From Tubulanus polymorphus (Eukaryota > Animalia > Nemertea), in the NCBI RefSeq assembly GCF_964204645.1, contig NC_134036.1, positions 1,922,001 through 1,986,000 of the forward strand: a stretch of 64,000 bases of DNA. Reading direction: 5' to 3'. The notes under the pieces were generated by a model that was given only the letters and a program-made list of their open reading frames with translations, searched no databases and was not told the DNA's origin. How positions within the stretch are numbered: the first letter of the stretch is position 1; every line of letters starts with the position of its first letter. This document shows, in pieces, positions 13,601 through 27,452 of this stretch. Made by a program: the position numbers and the translations under genes.

Positions 13601-14639
13601 CGGGCACTTCTCCGGTTTCTAGACGGCGCAACGTTCGCTCGCCATTTGTTCACCGTCGTGATTCGTAATTCAGCCGCTATTGTTTTCAACAATGCACCGA
13701 CTGACGAGCGTATTGTCTTCAACAATGGAGCGTCGTCTTGTCAACAATACCGGCCGCAGTTCAATCAAATCACACACGAGTAAATGTTAATGATGGCTTT
13801 TTTCACGCGCGCAGCGTCTTTTCGTCGGCGAATCGAAAAGCCAGACCCCGGAGCAATTGAGGCTCTTCGCTTTTTTCTTTTCGCAAACCCCTCAAAGAAA
13901 CGCAGTCTTTTCATTCGTCAAACTCGGCATTTTTCTTCACGCTGGATGAAACCTTTTGTAGTAACGTATCGTGCTTAATCTTTTCTAACGGCGGCGAAAA
14001 GAAAGAGCAGAAAAAATGTCGCTCACTGGAAACTTTGAATGGTATCAAAAAGGAGATCAGCCCATCTGCTCGCGTTCTGATTGTCGGCCATCTGTCCACA
14101 GTTTTACAGTTATAACTCGCTCTCTTTCACTGAGAGATAAGAAAGCGATATTTCAATCTCAGATTTTATCGTCTGCTCTCCCTCGACCTCTCTCTCTCTC
14201 TCGGCATCTGCTGTAACGGTCAGCCGGTAACAAACCGTGCTGTAAACGAAATTGTTCGATTTCACAGCGGTCAAAAATGCGCTCGGTCTTTTCTGCGACT
14301 AACTTTCTTCAAAGCCGAAAATCCGATGGTCTATTCACGCGGGTGGGACACGTCATTTCTAACCGGAAAAATAATTACCAGACACCGAGTGACCGGTAAC
14401 GTTCTCGAACATTGAGCAGCAGCTGGAGCAGTTTGACGAGAACGAAGTTTGACAAACACGTAAACCGACACCAGCACATCACCGAATTGCCGTCTGCCGA
14501 CATTTCGAAATCTCGCGATTTTTCTTTCAATCACACGCCGTTCTAATCGAGTCAGTTTTTGAACGGTTGAAAAAAGTTCTCCAAAAATTTCACAATACCA
14601 CCTTAAACGCTTCGACGAATATTGTCCGTGTTTAGTTTA

Positions 14640-14885
14640 AACGCGAGTGTCAATCCGGCGTCTCCGCGAATCCGGCCCGGCATCCTGCAGCCGCGTCCCG
14701 TGTGCGTCCTGCGTCCTGCGTGCGCCTCCACCCGTCTGTGTGCCGCATGTCGAGGCTCGCACCCGCTTTATATACCCTCATAGTAATAATCAACCTCCTA
14801 TTCGTGACGTCACGAATATGGGCGGAGTTTTACGCGTATCACGTGATCATCCGCAGCAGCAGCAGCAGCTGTTTCCACGCGCCGT
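14640..14885 (-). promoter_or_regulatory. Candidate promoter/enhancer (GC/CpG-rich) with no assigned gene
   Basis: TATATAAAG on the - strand at ~14767-14775, palindromic CRE GTGACGTCAC at ~14804, GC box GGGCGG at ~14820, E-box CACGTG at ~14840. Confidence 0.4.
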
Positions 14886-16300
14886 CAGCATCCTCTTAAT
14901 ATGGATGCAACGGGACCGCATCATCCGAAGATGGATTTTAGAGTAATGTCTGACTCGTGCGCACACTTTCTCTGTAAGGGAAACTCTTGCATCAAATTCA
15001 GAAGCAGACCTGCTCTCTTTTTAAGGCTTTACATTATTTCTTATAAGTCCAAATTTATTTCAAGAAAAGGAAAATCCTGTTATCTTATATGTTTATCAAG
15101 AAAACGAAAACAATTTTCTTCTTTTTTGAGCATTTCGATGTGAAGGTACAGATGGTCAGAAATCCGTTTCGACTGTATTGGATTCTATACGTACTAACGA
15201 CCTCCTTCTAAATTAGCGCTCTACGATTCTCTTCAAAATTTATTTCGGGGAAAAGGAAAATCGGAAATGTTATTTACGCTGAATAAGGATTCCGTATTCA
15301 CAACGACCACCGATGGACTCGTGTCCGTCCATGGACCTGCGTCACTCTCTCACTTCATGGGATCTAACCGTTTTAAATAAAGATGTAATATCTATTTTTC
15401 AAGTGTGCTCTGTTCAAACTGTCTGTGATTCTATTGTGACGTGAGAGGGAGAGAGTGGGGTATGGAGAGAGGAGAGAGGAAATAAGAAGAAAGAAAAATA
15501 AGAGTGGTTATGAAGCGTGAGCACGTGTCAAGTAGCTCTTTGATAGATAATAATTATGTCTAAAAATAAATTGTGTGGTCCCTTTTATCATGGAAATGTC
15601 GCTGCTGGTGCTGGAGCTGGAGCTGATGCTGGTGATGGTGTTGCTGGTACTGCTGCTGGTGCTCCATGAAAAAATTATAAACAGTTTGGAAATAGAATGA
15701 ATTCATAAATTTTAACATGAAGTGAGGGGGTGCCAATATTCACACAAGCGCCCCCTTACCTTTCCTCACTATAAACACCCCCTCACCTCAAGTTACCCCC
15801 CCCTCCCCTCCTTGGGTATCTCATTATCATCAATGAGTTTTCTTTCTTGTTTTATTTGCGATGAGACGGATGCGACGATAGTTCTGTTAATTTCCCCAGA
15901 ATCAGGAAATTAAATATCGGAACAGAGTGTAAATGTATATCAGCGCGTACTGCGTTGGGTTTTCATTAATTAGGCGGAAAATTTTTCTTCGTCGTGTATT
16001 TCATCCGCCGGATTATTTTTTTAGAAAGAAGTATTAGTTTCTATTTTGAAATACTTTGCAAAACGGCTTTAAATCAAACCACGCGATTTTTTTTCACGAA
16101 AATTTATTCTTTTTTTTACAGTCATCGAATTTGCAAAACAAAACAAAAATTGTTCGATATAAAAGAGCTATATTTTCTCGAAATATTATTCTTCTTCGAT
16201 TTTGCAAAAAAGAAATTGTTAAGTGTGTTGAATGAAATAAACCTAAATTCTAAAATATTTTCTAAAAATATTTTCTAAAAATATTACGAATTTACCGACG

Positions 16301-16865
16301 TTTACAAAAGTGACCCGGCCGATTAGGAGAAATAAGGTATCATTGCAAATGATACCTTGACTAAAATAAAAGCCTCATCATCACCTTTCTTTGATAACAG
16401 ACCCGGCAGTTTTAGAGATGAACTAATTATAGATTTTATTGCAGTTTACAAAAGTGACCCGGCCGATTAAAAGAAACAAGGTATCATTTTATTTTAGCCT
16501 TATCACCACCTTTCTTTAATAACAGACCCGGCAGTTTTAGAGATGAACTAATTATAGATTTTATTGCAGTTTACAAAAGTGACCCGGCCGATTAGAAGAA
16601 ACAAGGTATCATTTTATTTTAGCCTTATCACCACCTTTCTTTAATAACAAACCCGACAGTTTTAGAAATTAACTGATTATAGATTTAATTGCGGTTTACA
16701 AAAGTGACCCGGCCGATTAGAAGAAACAAGGTATCATTTTATTTTAGCCTTATCACCACCTTTCTTAAATAACAGACCCGGCAGTTTTAGAGATGAACTA
16801 ATTATAGATTTAATTGCCGTTTACAAAAGTGACCCAGTCGATTAGAAGAAACAAGGTATCATTTT
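16301..16865. repeat. ~127-bp tandem repeat (x4.5) derived from a dispersed repeat family
   Basis: Unit TTTACAAAAGTGACCCGGCCGATTAGAAGAAACAAGGTATCATTTT...GACCCGGCAGTTTTAGAGATGAACTAATTATAGATT. Related single copies at ~23530-23620, 33650-33830, 53310-53500 and 62594-62718. Confidence 0.92.
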
Positions 16866-17432
16866 GTTGTGTTAATGTGTAGGATTTCAAAGACTTCCTC
16901 GAATCCCAATAAAATTGAAGAAACCACCCAGGTAAAAAACACACAAAGTATCATTTTATTCCAGCCTTATTTCTCGTCACATTTCGAAACGTTGTTTATG
17001 TCGAAACACGCGGATCTGAATTGTTGGCAGATGGTCGTAGTCGATCAGAGGCACTCATTCTATGAATAGTCACTCGAATAATTGGTTAATAATCCCCCTC
17101 AATATCCAATGTAACATTAATAATAGGCCCGTATCATAACCGCTGCTCGACGGGTATCTAGATGAGTAGTTGGTTTTATTGGAGAAAAGGACATACCCGA
17201 ACTCTTACCTGTTGGAGGTATATATATATATATATAACCTATAAGTATGATATCGATGATAATTATAATAGAATTATACTGAATAAATTATCATAATAAT
17301 TAACAATGTACACTGATCAGTTTTACTATCATTTTTATATTATTTTAATACTAATAGATATATTAGATCATATTATTGAATATTACAATAAACAAACTGA
17401 TGAAAATAAATTAATGTATATATGATAATTTA

Positions 17433-17586
17433 TAATGTACACTGATTACTAGTTTTACTAGCATAATGTACACTGATTACTAGTTTTACTAGCATAATGT
17501 ACACTGATTACTAGTTTTACTAGCATAATGTACACTGATTACTAGTTTTACTAGCATAATGTACACTGATTACTAGTTTTACTAGC
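17433..17586. repeat. 31-bp minisatellite x5
   Basis: ATAATGTACACTGATTACTAGTTTTACTAGC repeated perfectly. Confidence 0.97.
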
Positions 17587-19780
17587 AGTTTTATATCATT
17601 TTGATACTAATAGTTATATTATTGAATATTGAAATAATCATACTGATGAAAATGAATTAATGTATATAAAATAATTAATGATATGGCACTTATTATTATA
17701 GTTATATAAGATCATATTATTGAATATTAAAATAATCATACTGATGAAAATGAATTAATGTATATAAAATAGTTAATGATATGGCACTGATAATATTGAT
17801 ACAGGTAAATATGCTAATATCATCAGTTCGATATCATTTTATTACGAAGAGTAGATCATTTCATCGAAAACAAATTCATCATTATATCATTGATATCATA
17901 ATTTCTCGATTCAAATATTCCCTCTATTCGCAATATATAAAACCCACCACATTATGAGCTATCTGGAGACCCCTCGGAGACAGGTGCGCGTTAGAAAATT
18001 AGACAATGGGTCAATCGACTATTGATACAACGAGAAAGTGAGAGAGAGTTTCTATACAATAGTTCCAAATGGTCACTCGTAACAACTATTATTTTTAAGT
18101 GGGGTGTAATTTTCTAATGACGCCCGCTCTCGACAATCGACCAAACGACAGACGTGTTGTTAACGCAACGCATTTAAAACGCAATTGATCGTATCTTCCT
18201 CAAACGGCGCAGACGATCTGAATTCAAAATTTTAAATTTTACGTTAACAATATCTAACGATTTTCATTGTTGTCCGCGGGTGAAAGTGGACGTACACGCG
18301 TCGGGGCCATGGATACACAGCGTTTTACGTTCGTGTGTCGCCTTGTGTGTATTGTTTAACGCGCGATATCGTGACGTCACGCGTGTACGGTGGTCAACTT
18401 CGTTAAAATGACGACGGATTGGTTGGTGATCTGTGACTGGATCAAAGCTATAATTATCAGGCTTGGGTTAGCGCGCCTGTCTTATTATTGTCGGCGAAAG
18501 TTGAAACTCGTACGACTTGTATCGAAACAAACATAATTCAAATTCGTGTCGGTGACAATTTCGTGTGAATTTTAACTCCTCCGTTGCCAAGACGCGACGG
18601 GGGAACACGCCAACAATCATTTTTACGTTCATGTCCTACTGGTATGACGTCTTAACATATACTGACTGTTCCGTGGCTACAACGGAAACGGAATTATTTT
18701 TTTCATCTTATAATTATAAGGATTGTCCCTAAAAGTCGAATTCGAATTTCACCGAAAAAATACAAATAATTTTTATATTTTAACCCATAAACGATAAAAC
18801 GGTAGCTAAACCGAAAACAACGTTGTTATTAATGGTACTGATTAATCTATTCATCGTAAATCATAAGATTTTAATTGAAAAGCGAGCGTCAACAATTAAT
18901 TCAGAGCCTTCACAATTTTGTCTTTTTATTTTTTTTGTTGTAAATAACATTTTTTGAACCATGCTATCTTTCGAGATTAATTGAAATCGAATTGAATGAA
19001 ATCTCTTTTGCGAATTTATTCGCATTTTAAACTAGAGATTTCGATCTCGTGATTTTTCGAAACGAATTTCAAACGCAGGTCGTTGATCGCACACTGTGGG
19101 GGTGCACACGTGTGTGCCAGGATGCACACGAGTGTGCGTCTATGTTTGATTAGTTTCTAAATTGATGTAATTATGATAGATACTGTTCACGTGTATTTAC
19201 GTATGCCTGGTTTCCCCTTGAGATACTCCTAGCTGAGTTTTGAGATGAACTCGGGAGTATATGACAGGAGTACACACACTTCAGTCAATGGATGTTAATT
19301 ACGTTCAGCAGACGAGTTTACTCTCGCGGGATCTCGCGAGATTCTCCATCGCGTAATTTGATTTCTGAAACGAAATTCGCTGTAAAACGAAATGAGTCCA
19401 CTGAAAATAATCTAATTTATATGAGCAGGAAAGAGGGGAGAGAGAAGAGAGAGGAGATGAGAGAGTGAGAAAGGAGAGGGAGGAGAAGAGAGCAGAGAGA
19501 AAACAATAGGGAGAGAGAGAGGAGAGAAGGGAAATGATGAGAGGAGAGAGAGAAAGGAGAGGTGAAAGGATGAGAGGGAGAGGAGAGAGAGGAGAGTGAG
19601 GGAAGGGGGAGGGCGAGGTAGATATCATTTAGAAAGATACTGCGGTGCAAACAAACAAATATGTAATAAACCAAAAACGAAAATGTTAAATCAAATGTTT
19701 CATAGATTTTCTGCAGATGAGACGTATATTCCAGTGATCAGTGATGCTACTAAACCAAACAAGGATGAAAAATGCAAAAA

Positions 19781-19853
19781 AGGCACCGCCCGGATTTGAA
19801 CCGGGGATCTCCTGTTTACTAGACAGGCGCTTTAACCGCTAAGCCACGGCGCC
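19781..19853 (-). tRNA. trnT-AGT: tRNA-Thr (anticodon AGT)
   Basis: Reverse complement GGCGCCGTGGCTTAGCGGTTAAAGCGCCTGTCTAGTAAACAGGAGATCCCCGGTTCAAATCCGGGCGGTGCCT folds into a full cloverleaf (anticodon stem CCTGT/ACAGG, T stem CCCGG/CCGGG) and is followed by a T run terminator. Confidence 0.97.
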
Positions 19854-21916
19854 GCTTGTAGCCATTTGAGCTCGGACAGAGTCCAGGTCAGTTCTTCTGG
19901 TGGTGACATGTTCGGGTCAGTTAGCAGTGAGTGTATGCGTGATAAGGACAATATAACAGTGACAGTGACAGCCAGAAGGCAACTAGAATAGCCTAATATT
20001 CCTTCCAATAGGTTCTTGGCGAACCTCTTCCGCTCACAGCTATGTGCCTGGAGAACAGCGAGTAGAACAGACGCAATAAGTTCTCGGTGAACCCCCTCCC
20101 GTCACAGCTATGCCCATTAAACCTTTGTTCTATAACACAACTGATGTCGAGGCGGAGATAACGAATATAAATTGCTCACTTTCTCCTTCGTCATTAATTG
20201 TCATTTTTTCCCAGTGCATTTCGTGCATCACAAAACATCCCCCGTTGCCCCAGCATCAGCGTCATCAGTTTCATCAGCTACACAGGCAACGTCTCAACGT
20301 CACCTTCTTTTGCAATTTAATGATGACAATGAGACACTGAAATAATCCGTCGTAACGATGGCAACCGCGTAAGAGTGAAATTCCTTTCTTTCCCTCATTT
20401 TGTCGTCTTTTTTTGCGCGCGAGTCAAATCGAGTTCGTTCTTGAATTTCAAGGTCGTGTCTTCAAAGCTTTCATCTGTATCCGGTGTATGCCGGTGCTGA
20501 AACGAGATGGAGAGATTCGCATGTGTCTCGCGAGAACAAACCATATTCAACGAGAACTTGCGAGAGCAACTATTTATTAATCGTTTCTAAACATAATTTC
20601 TACACTTTTGATTATAGAACTCAGACGGCCTTAGACCGGTCTTAAGTTGTTAGATTTGTTATAGAACCAAACTTAAACTGGTCCGAGCCATAACTATGCA
20701 GACAGCCCCAAGGTCTATGGGCACTGATATGTTTGAAAATTCCTGGACCGTCGAATCTCTCTCAAAATCTAATTTCTGGTGCCCTTACTCGACCGAATAG
20801 ATCTAATGAACTTGGGCTCCATTTTATTGAACGCTGTGAAGTCGCGATAACATCCCCGCATTTAAATTTCTGATGAATTATTCAATGATCTCTCGGTCGC
20901 GGCTGCCAAACTCAAACTTCACGGAATCTCCCGAGAGAGATATTTCCGCTTAACAATCGAAGCCGAGCGAACCGGGTTACCATCGTAACCGAATCATGAG
21001 ATTACTCGCCAATAGTTTCGGGATTATGATATTAAGTCGAGGATGTTTGACTGCATTGAAGTTTGATGGTTCGACAAATTCTTCGGGAAAACTATTTTCA
21101 AAATCCAACGAGTAACGTCACTTCGATGACTTAAACAGGGAACGGTTCCACAGTCAGGGCTTAGACTTACGTATGACTTGTTCTAATACAAACTTATGAC
21201 CAACCATGGAAGTGGCCCCAGAATTTACGAACTCGCGGATCAAAGGGAAATTCACCAGCACGGGGTATCAGTTGACCACATTCTGCTTCCCCTCTAGCCT
21301 CCTCCCGGGCATGGATCAATGGTTACCAGAAACTGGGGTTATCGATCGATCGATCAGTTTACCAATCTCATCAATACACGATACGGCGTGCACGTCATTT
21401 CCGGTACGTTACGCGACCTGCGACCGACCGTCACTTCCGGTTTGTACCGATCCCTTGATATATATCCACTCGCATGCCAGAGGAGGCCAGAGGCGAAAAT
21501 ATTTACGCACGACGCGAGAGGAATTCCCGCTATCACTGATCTTCTTATCGTCTGCCCATCTTCGTGACTCGTCACGTGACTCGGCACGTGTTTGTGTAAA
21601 CTGCTTACAATTGAGATCATCACGCGATGATGTAATATTTATGGCCACCAGAAACACGCACGCACGCACGCATAATGCGTGTTTTCGCGCGTGAGTTCTT
21701 CGCCGTTTTGTAGCTATCTTTAATTATTCATTACAAGACCTTTTGTCTGTCCTGATTTTAGTGTGTGCAGTTCTCGGTTTTGTCCTGATTTTAGCGACGG
21801 CTTTGATTCCGATGAATTATTTATGAATTCGATTATTTCATCTTCGTGCGCGGTGTTTAATCCCTCCCCGTCCGCTCAGATCAGGTCATCTTTCATAGCT
21901 TCATATATGATTAATA

Positions 21917-23520
21917 TCAGTAGGTGTCAGGACTGAACCTTGTGAAACACCAACTGGACGGGGTCTTCTTTCAAAACGCTGACATTGTCAGTTTTTTTTT
22001 CCAGTAATATCAGTTGGTCTCAGTTCGTTGCCTTGTCAAATACCTACTCGACACAGCTTCTTTTTTCAAAGCATTTTATGGTTTTTATCAGCAATAGCTG
22101 TTGGTGTCAGGACTGAACCTTGTGAAATACCGACTGGACAGGGTCTTCTTTCAGAGCACTGACATTATCAGTTTTTTTTTCAGTAATATCAGTTGGTCTC
22201 AGTTCGTTGCCTTGTCAAATACCTACCCGACATAGCTTCTTTTTTCAAAGCATTTTATGGTTTTTATCAGCAATAGCTGTTGGTGTCAGGACTGAACCTT
22301 GTGAAACACCAACTGGACGGGGTCTTCTTTCAAAACGCTGACATTGTCAGTTTTTTTTTTCCAGTAATATCAGTTGGTCTCAGTTCGTTGCCTTGTCAAA
22401 TACCTACTCGACACAGCTTCTTTTTTCAAAGCATTTTATGGTTTTTATCAGCAATAGCTGTTGGTGTCAGGACTGAACCTTGTGAAATACCGACTGGACA
22501 GGGTCTTCTTTCAGAGCACTGACATTATCAGTTTTTTTTTCAGTAATATCAGTTGGTCTCAGTTCGTTGCCTTGTCAAATACCTACCCGACATAGCTTCT
22601 TTTTTCAAAGCATTTTATGGTTTTTATCAGCAATAGCTGTTGGTGTCAGGACTGAACCTTGTGAAATACCAAGTGGACGGGGTCTTCTTTCAAAACGCTG
22701 ACATTATCAGTTTTTTTTTCTCAGTAATATAAGCGATATTGGAATATCAGCTTTCTTTCAACTTGATACTTATCAACAGTTTTTATCAGTTGACCTAATA
22801 TCAGTAGGTGTCAGTTCTCAATAATGACCACTGGAAATATCGCCTTCTTTCAGCTTACTGATATTAACAGCTTCGTGTATCAGTGGATGTCAATATTGAA
22901 CCTTGTGAAACACCACTTGGACGGGGATCTTCTTTCAAAACTTGACATTATCATTTTTTGAAAAAATACCAGAAGTTGATACCAGAACGTTGCCTTGTCA
23001 AATATCAACTGGACAGGGTCTTCTTTCACAGCACTGGTTTTTATCAGCGAGATTGTTGGTGTCCAGGTCGCTTGCTTGTAGAATATCAGCTTTCTTTCAG
23101 CTTACTGATATTAACAGCTTCATGTATCAGTGGATGTCAAGATTAAACCTTGTGAAACACCACTTGGACGGGGATCTTCTTTCACAGCACTGGTTTTTTT
23201 ATCTGCGATATCTGTTGGTGTCCAGGTCGCTTGCTTGTAGAATATCAGCTTTCTTTCAGCTTACTGATATCAACGGCTTCGTGTAACAGTAATATCAGTA
23301 GGTGTCGGGATTGAACCTTGTGAAATGCCAAATGTACTTTTCAAACGCACACTGATGACATTACCGGTTTTATCACTGATAACAGTTGGTGCCAGGATGT
23401 AGCCTCTGTCAAATGCCAAATGGATGGACAGGCGCTTCTTTCAAAACACTGACATTATCAAATTTTTTTTCAGTTATGTCAGGGTTGGTGTCAGGACTTA
23501 GCTTTGTAAAATACCAACTC
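21917..23520. repeat. ~180-bp tandem repeat (360-bp higher-order dimer) decaying into degenerate subunits
   Basis: GGTGTCAGGACTGAACCTTGTGAAAYACC recurs every ~180 bp from 21922 to ~22640 with alternating variants; shuffled fragments continue to ~23520. Confidence 0.93.
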
Positions 23521-26046
23521 GGAACAGTACCGACTGTTATAGAAACGAACTGATTACAGATTTAATAACAGTTGACGAAAGTGACCCCCGACCGATTAGG
23601 AGAAACAAGGTATCATTTTATTCTAGCTTTGAATCATCTATTTCTATCTCTTGAGTTGAAAACCTAACCTAGAACAGTTGAACCGGGATCCTGAATTATT
23701 TGATATTTTCGCTTGCTATATCGCTATCACGATCGCTTCGATATCGCGTGCGGCGTTTAATTCATTTTTCTTCGGAGCAGCACAAATTTCAATCGAACAA
23801 ATTTCACATCATCATCGACCGCTAGAATAGATTGCTGATAATTCAGAGAGCGGTGAATTCGAGGATGCCGTGATTGATATTACGAAGGTCGTTTCATCAG
23901 TCTCCTAAAGTGCTGCTGCTGCTGCTACTGCTGCTGTTACTTCAGATGTCTGATGATGAAACTGCGTCATCTTTGAGTCAATAATATTCAATGTCAGCAA
24001 CATCAATTTGAATTGCAGATAAGATCGAAGGGGAACGAATCTTCTTCGCTCCGTTCCCAGCGCCGAGGAGTTATGTTGTGTCGATAGATATTTTCGTCGG
24101 ACTCGAATTTTCGCTATTTTCGCTATAATCTTTGCTGCGGATATATTTCTCGAAATTTAAACGTTTCGAAGAACTCGAAATTTAGAACGTTGTTGAATAT
24201 CTCGATTAGACCTACCTGAAGATCGCGACAGGGGTCTGTCTTAATATTAAAAAAATAACAGACTTTTGAAATGCTTATTTCAAACGGCAGATGGAAAATA
24301 ATTTCGTCTCCAATTTCGATGAACTATTGCTGTTATTGCCTGAACGATAACAGGACCTTCAAAGCGACGAGATTCAGCGTGGCTTCGAACCAGTTCGTAG
24401 ACAATATCACGACTTTTTTAAGCTCGCTTCACTTTGGTATCATCGTCACCATCATCATCATCATCATCATCATCATCATTGTTATCGTCATCCTTTAGAT
24501 CCACAAACACACACGTGATTCATCTGAATCACGCTCGCCTGCCAGGGTAAGGTTTCAAAAAGAGCGTAGATACGTTTCATCTCGTTAACATATATCACAC
24601 ATTCAAGGATACCTCGATAGCAAAGATGATATCTCATGAGATATCGTATGAAATTGGTAACGCGATATATTGATAATTGATATGGGCAAAAAGGAAAGTC
24701 GCTTTACTTGAAATCTCACGTATAGACGTCATAAAAAACAAACATAGCTGAATCCCCATATGACGTCACAATGAAGTGATGAATAACTCTCTGCCAGAAA
24801 GAAGATGTCTGATTTACTTAATCCTCCACAATGACATCAGTTTCTCACGGTTGAGCTGGTAATATAGACACTCCACAAAAAAACGGCTACCTCAGTAGAT
24901 CCCCCTATGACATCATCAAATAAGGTAGCAATAACATATGCACTTCAAGAAAAGATGGCTACGTCTATAAATCCCCTTATGACATCATCAAGATGTAGTA
25001 ACATAGCTATTTCTGGAAAAGATGGCTCCATCCATGGTGGTGTTGAATGAGAATTTATTGGGGCAGCCATAATTTTTTTGTCTCTGAAACTCTTTATGGT
25101 CGTCTGAGATGTATAATGATTAGACATTGTTTCTATTCATAAGAGATCGTAATCTTCCGCGTGAGACTGATGCCCGACACGTGTCTCCGATAGACTGGTG
25201 TTCACACGCCAAAAACGTCTCAAATCGCGTAAATTCTCGCACCTGTCACGTGCGCACGCGAGATGTTCGTCTTCAGGCGTCGATTTTAATTACAGCCTTT
25301 TCTCGAATGGTAATTACAGTATGACCGAAGGACAAATCCGAGCCGCGCTGACAAAAGGCTTTCTCTCCCCCGAGAGAGATGCCGCGCAGCAGCAGCAGCA
25401 GAAGCTGGTGCTCGTTACAATGACGTCATAAGGAAGCGCTGGCAGGAGGCCAACAAACGTATTCCCAATTTGTATCGATCGATCGGGCAGATGGCCGACG
25501 AGTCGAGAGGGAGAGCAGCCGAATTCACTGGTGTAGATTGGACGAGATAATGGTCTGTAATGTGTGTGTAGTATGGCTGGTCCTCCCCTCATCCCCTCCC
25601 CCTCACCCCTCACCCCCTCTTTCTCTCTGTATACACCAGTGAACCGTTCATGACGTTTACTACTCGACGTTTAGATTAATCCCGCACTAATCTGATTAGG
25701 GAGTAAATATAAAATCCCCCGTTAGCCGTCTGTCGTCTGTTGAGGCACTGTTTCATCCACACGTACCAAGCCATGTGCGCGCATTTTAGAATTTAGGATA
25801 TGAAATGGTCGTCTGGCATCTGGCGCGCTGGGACAGGGGAAGGGACTCTGATACAGCATTCAAACCTGTCGTCACGAAAATTCTGCATTAATCTATAATT
25901 CCCTGGACCATGGACTCTAGAAACGCCGATGATTTGTCAGGTAAATAACTGACATGACAGTAGACTATCTCACAGTATCAATCGAAATAAGGTTTATCAG
26001 GATATTGGCACGATTTGGTAAATAAAAAGATGAACCGACCCGCGCC

Positions 26047-26586
26047 GGCATGCGAGTTCGAGAAGGGACCTGCGGCCAGTGAGTTCATGCCCTGAGATAG
26101 TATAGTAGATCAGTTTGAAAGTGTAATTGTACCGAAATGAGTGCTTTTGGCGGCGAGGAGCCCCTGGAAAGCGAGTACTCTGAAATCGTGTAAAGATCTC
26201 GCGATGAAGGCAACCCTGGCAAGTTGCCTGAGATACTGGCAGATGATGCTAGAGGGACCCCTGGTAATCGAGGTTTCCGAGGTCCTGTCACGCATGATGA
26301 GAATATTGAGATGGTTGATCTATGGCAATCGAGTTTCCTGAGATCGCGACACATGACGATACTTCACGCGAAGGCACCTCTGGCGCGTGAGGTCTCTCCG
26401 AGAGTAATACGGCACTCGAAATGATACTTCGACGACGTTGTGACGAGCCCCTGGCGAGCGAGTTTGCGGGATCGTTGTGGCATGCTACGGAAAGCACCCC
26501 TGGCGAGCGAGAGTCGCCGAGAGACCAGTCACGAACAGCTGACGAGATTTAAGATGAAAGCCGCGTATGGACGCCAAGGGGCAGCG
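26047..26586 (+). pseudogene. Decayed collagen-like Gly-X-Y coding fragment
   Basis: Frame-shifted patches: GAPGKR (26157), GNPGK, GTPGNRGFRGP (26254), GTSGA*GLS (26373), APGER (26447), TPGER, GRQGAA (26569). Stops and frameshifts throughout. Confidence 0.5.
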
Positions 26587-26875
26587 CAAACATCCATTTG
26601 TTTCCAGACACCGTAATCCACTTATGTAAAATCCCACGTCAAATTCAGATTCTCGGTTTAGGATGAAGTGATTTTTGTTTTCGTAAAAGATTTCCTACGA
26701 GTTCGTCACCGTCCGAGTGTGTGCGCGCGGCTGGTGTGCGCGCACGGATGTGTGCCTCTTTAATGACTCAAAATGATCTATTATGAATGTCACAAAGAAC
26801 ACGCATCAACATTAATTTCTCAACATAGATAATGAATCATCATTCTATTTTCCAGACAATCCGAATGAAAGCATT

Positions 26876-27452
26876 ACCTTCAAATAACTTCCCCTCCCCT
26901 CACAGCTATGGTATCGGCACCTTAGTGGGGTTTCCTTCAAATAACTTCCCTCCCCTCACAGCTATGGTCGCAGCCCCCTAGTGGTGTCACCTTCAAATAA
27001 CTTCCCCTCCCCTCACAGCTATGGTATCGGCACCTTAGTGGGGTTTCCTTCAAATAACTTCCCTCCCCTCACAGCTATGGTCGCAGCCCCCTAGTGGTGT
27101 CACCTTCAAATAACTTCCCCTCCCCTCACAGCTATGGTATCGGCACCTTAGTGGGGTTTCCTTCAAATAACTTCCCTCCCCTCACAGCTATGGTCGCAGC
27201 CCCCTAGTGGTGTCACCTTCAAATAACTTCCCCTCCCCTCACAGCTATGGTATCGGCACCCTAGTGGGGTTACCTTCAAATAACTTCCCCTCCCCTCACA
27301 GCTATGGTCGCAGCCCCCTAGTGGTGTCACCTTCATCAACTTCCCCTCCCCTCACAGCTATGGTATCACCACCCTAGTGTTACCTTCAAATAACTTCCCC
27401 TCCCCTAACAGTTGTGGTAGCAGCATCTTAGTGGTGTTACCTTCAAATAACT
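26876..27452. repeat. 56-57-bp minisatellite with alternating A/B units (113-bp dimer), ~10 units
   Basis: CTTCAAATAACTTCCCCTCCCCTCACAGCTATGG followed by TATCGGCACCTTAGTGGGG or TCGCAGCCCCCTAGTGGTG. A short related copy lies at ~39225-39305. Confidence 0.96.

Noticed and set aside
23944-23975. CTGATGATGAAACTGCGTC hammerhead-like string
   Set aside because: No helix II between CTGATGA and GAAA; helix I is out of register.
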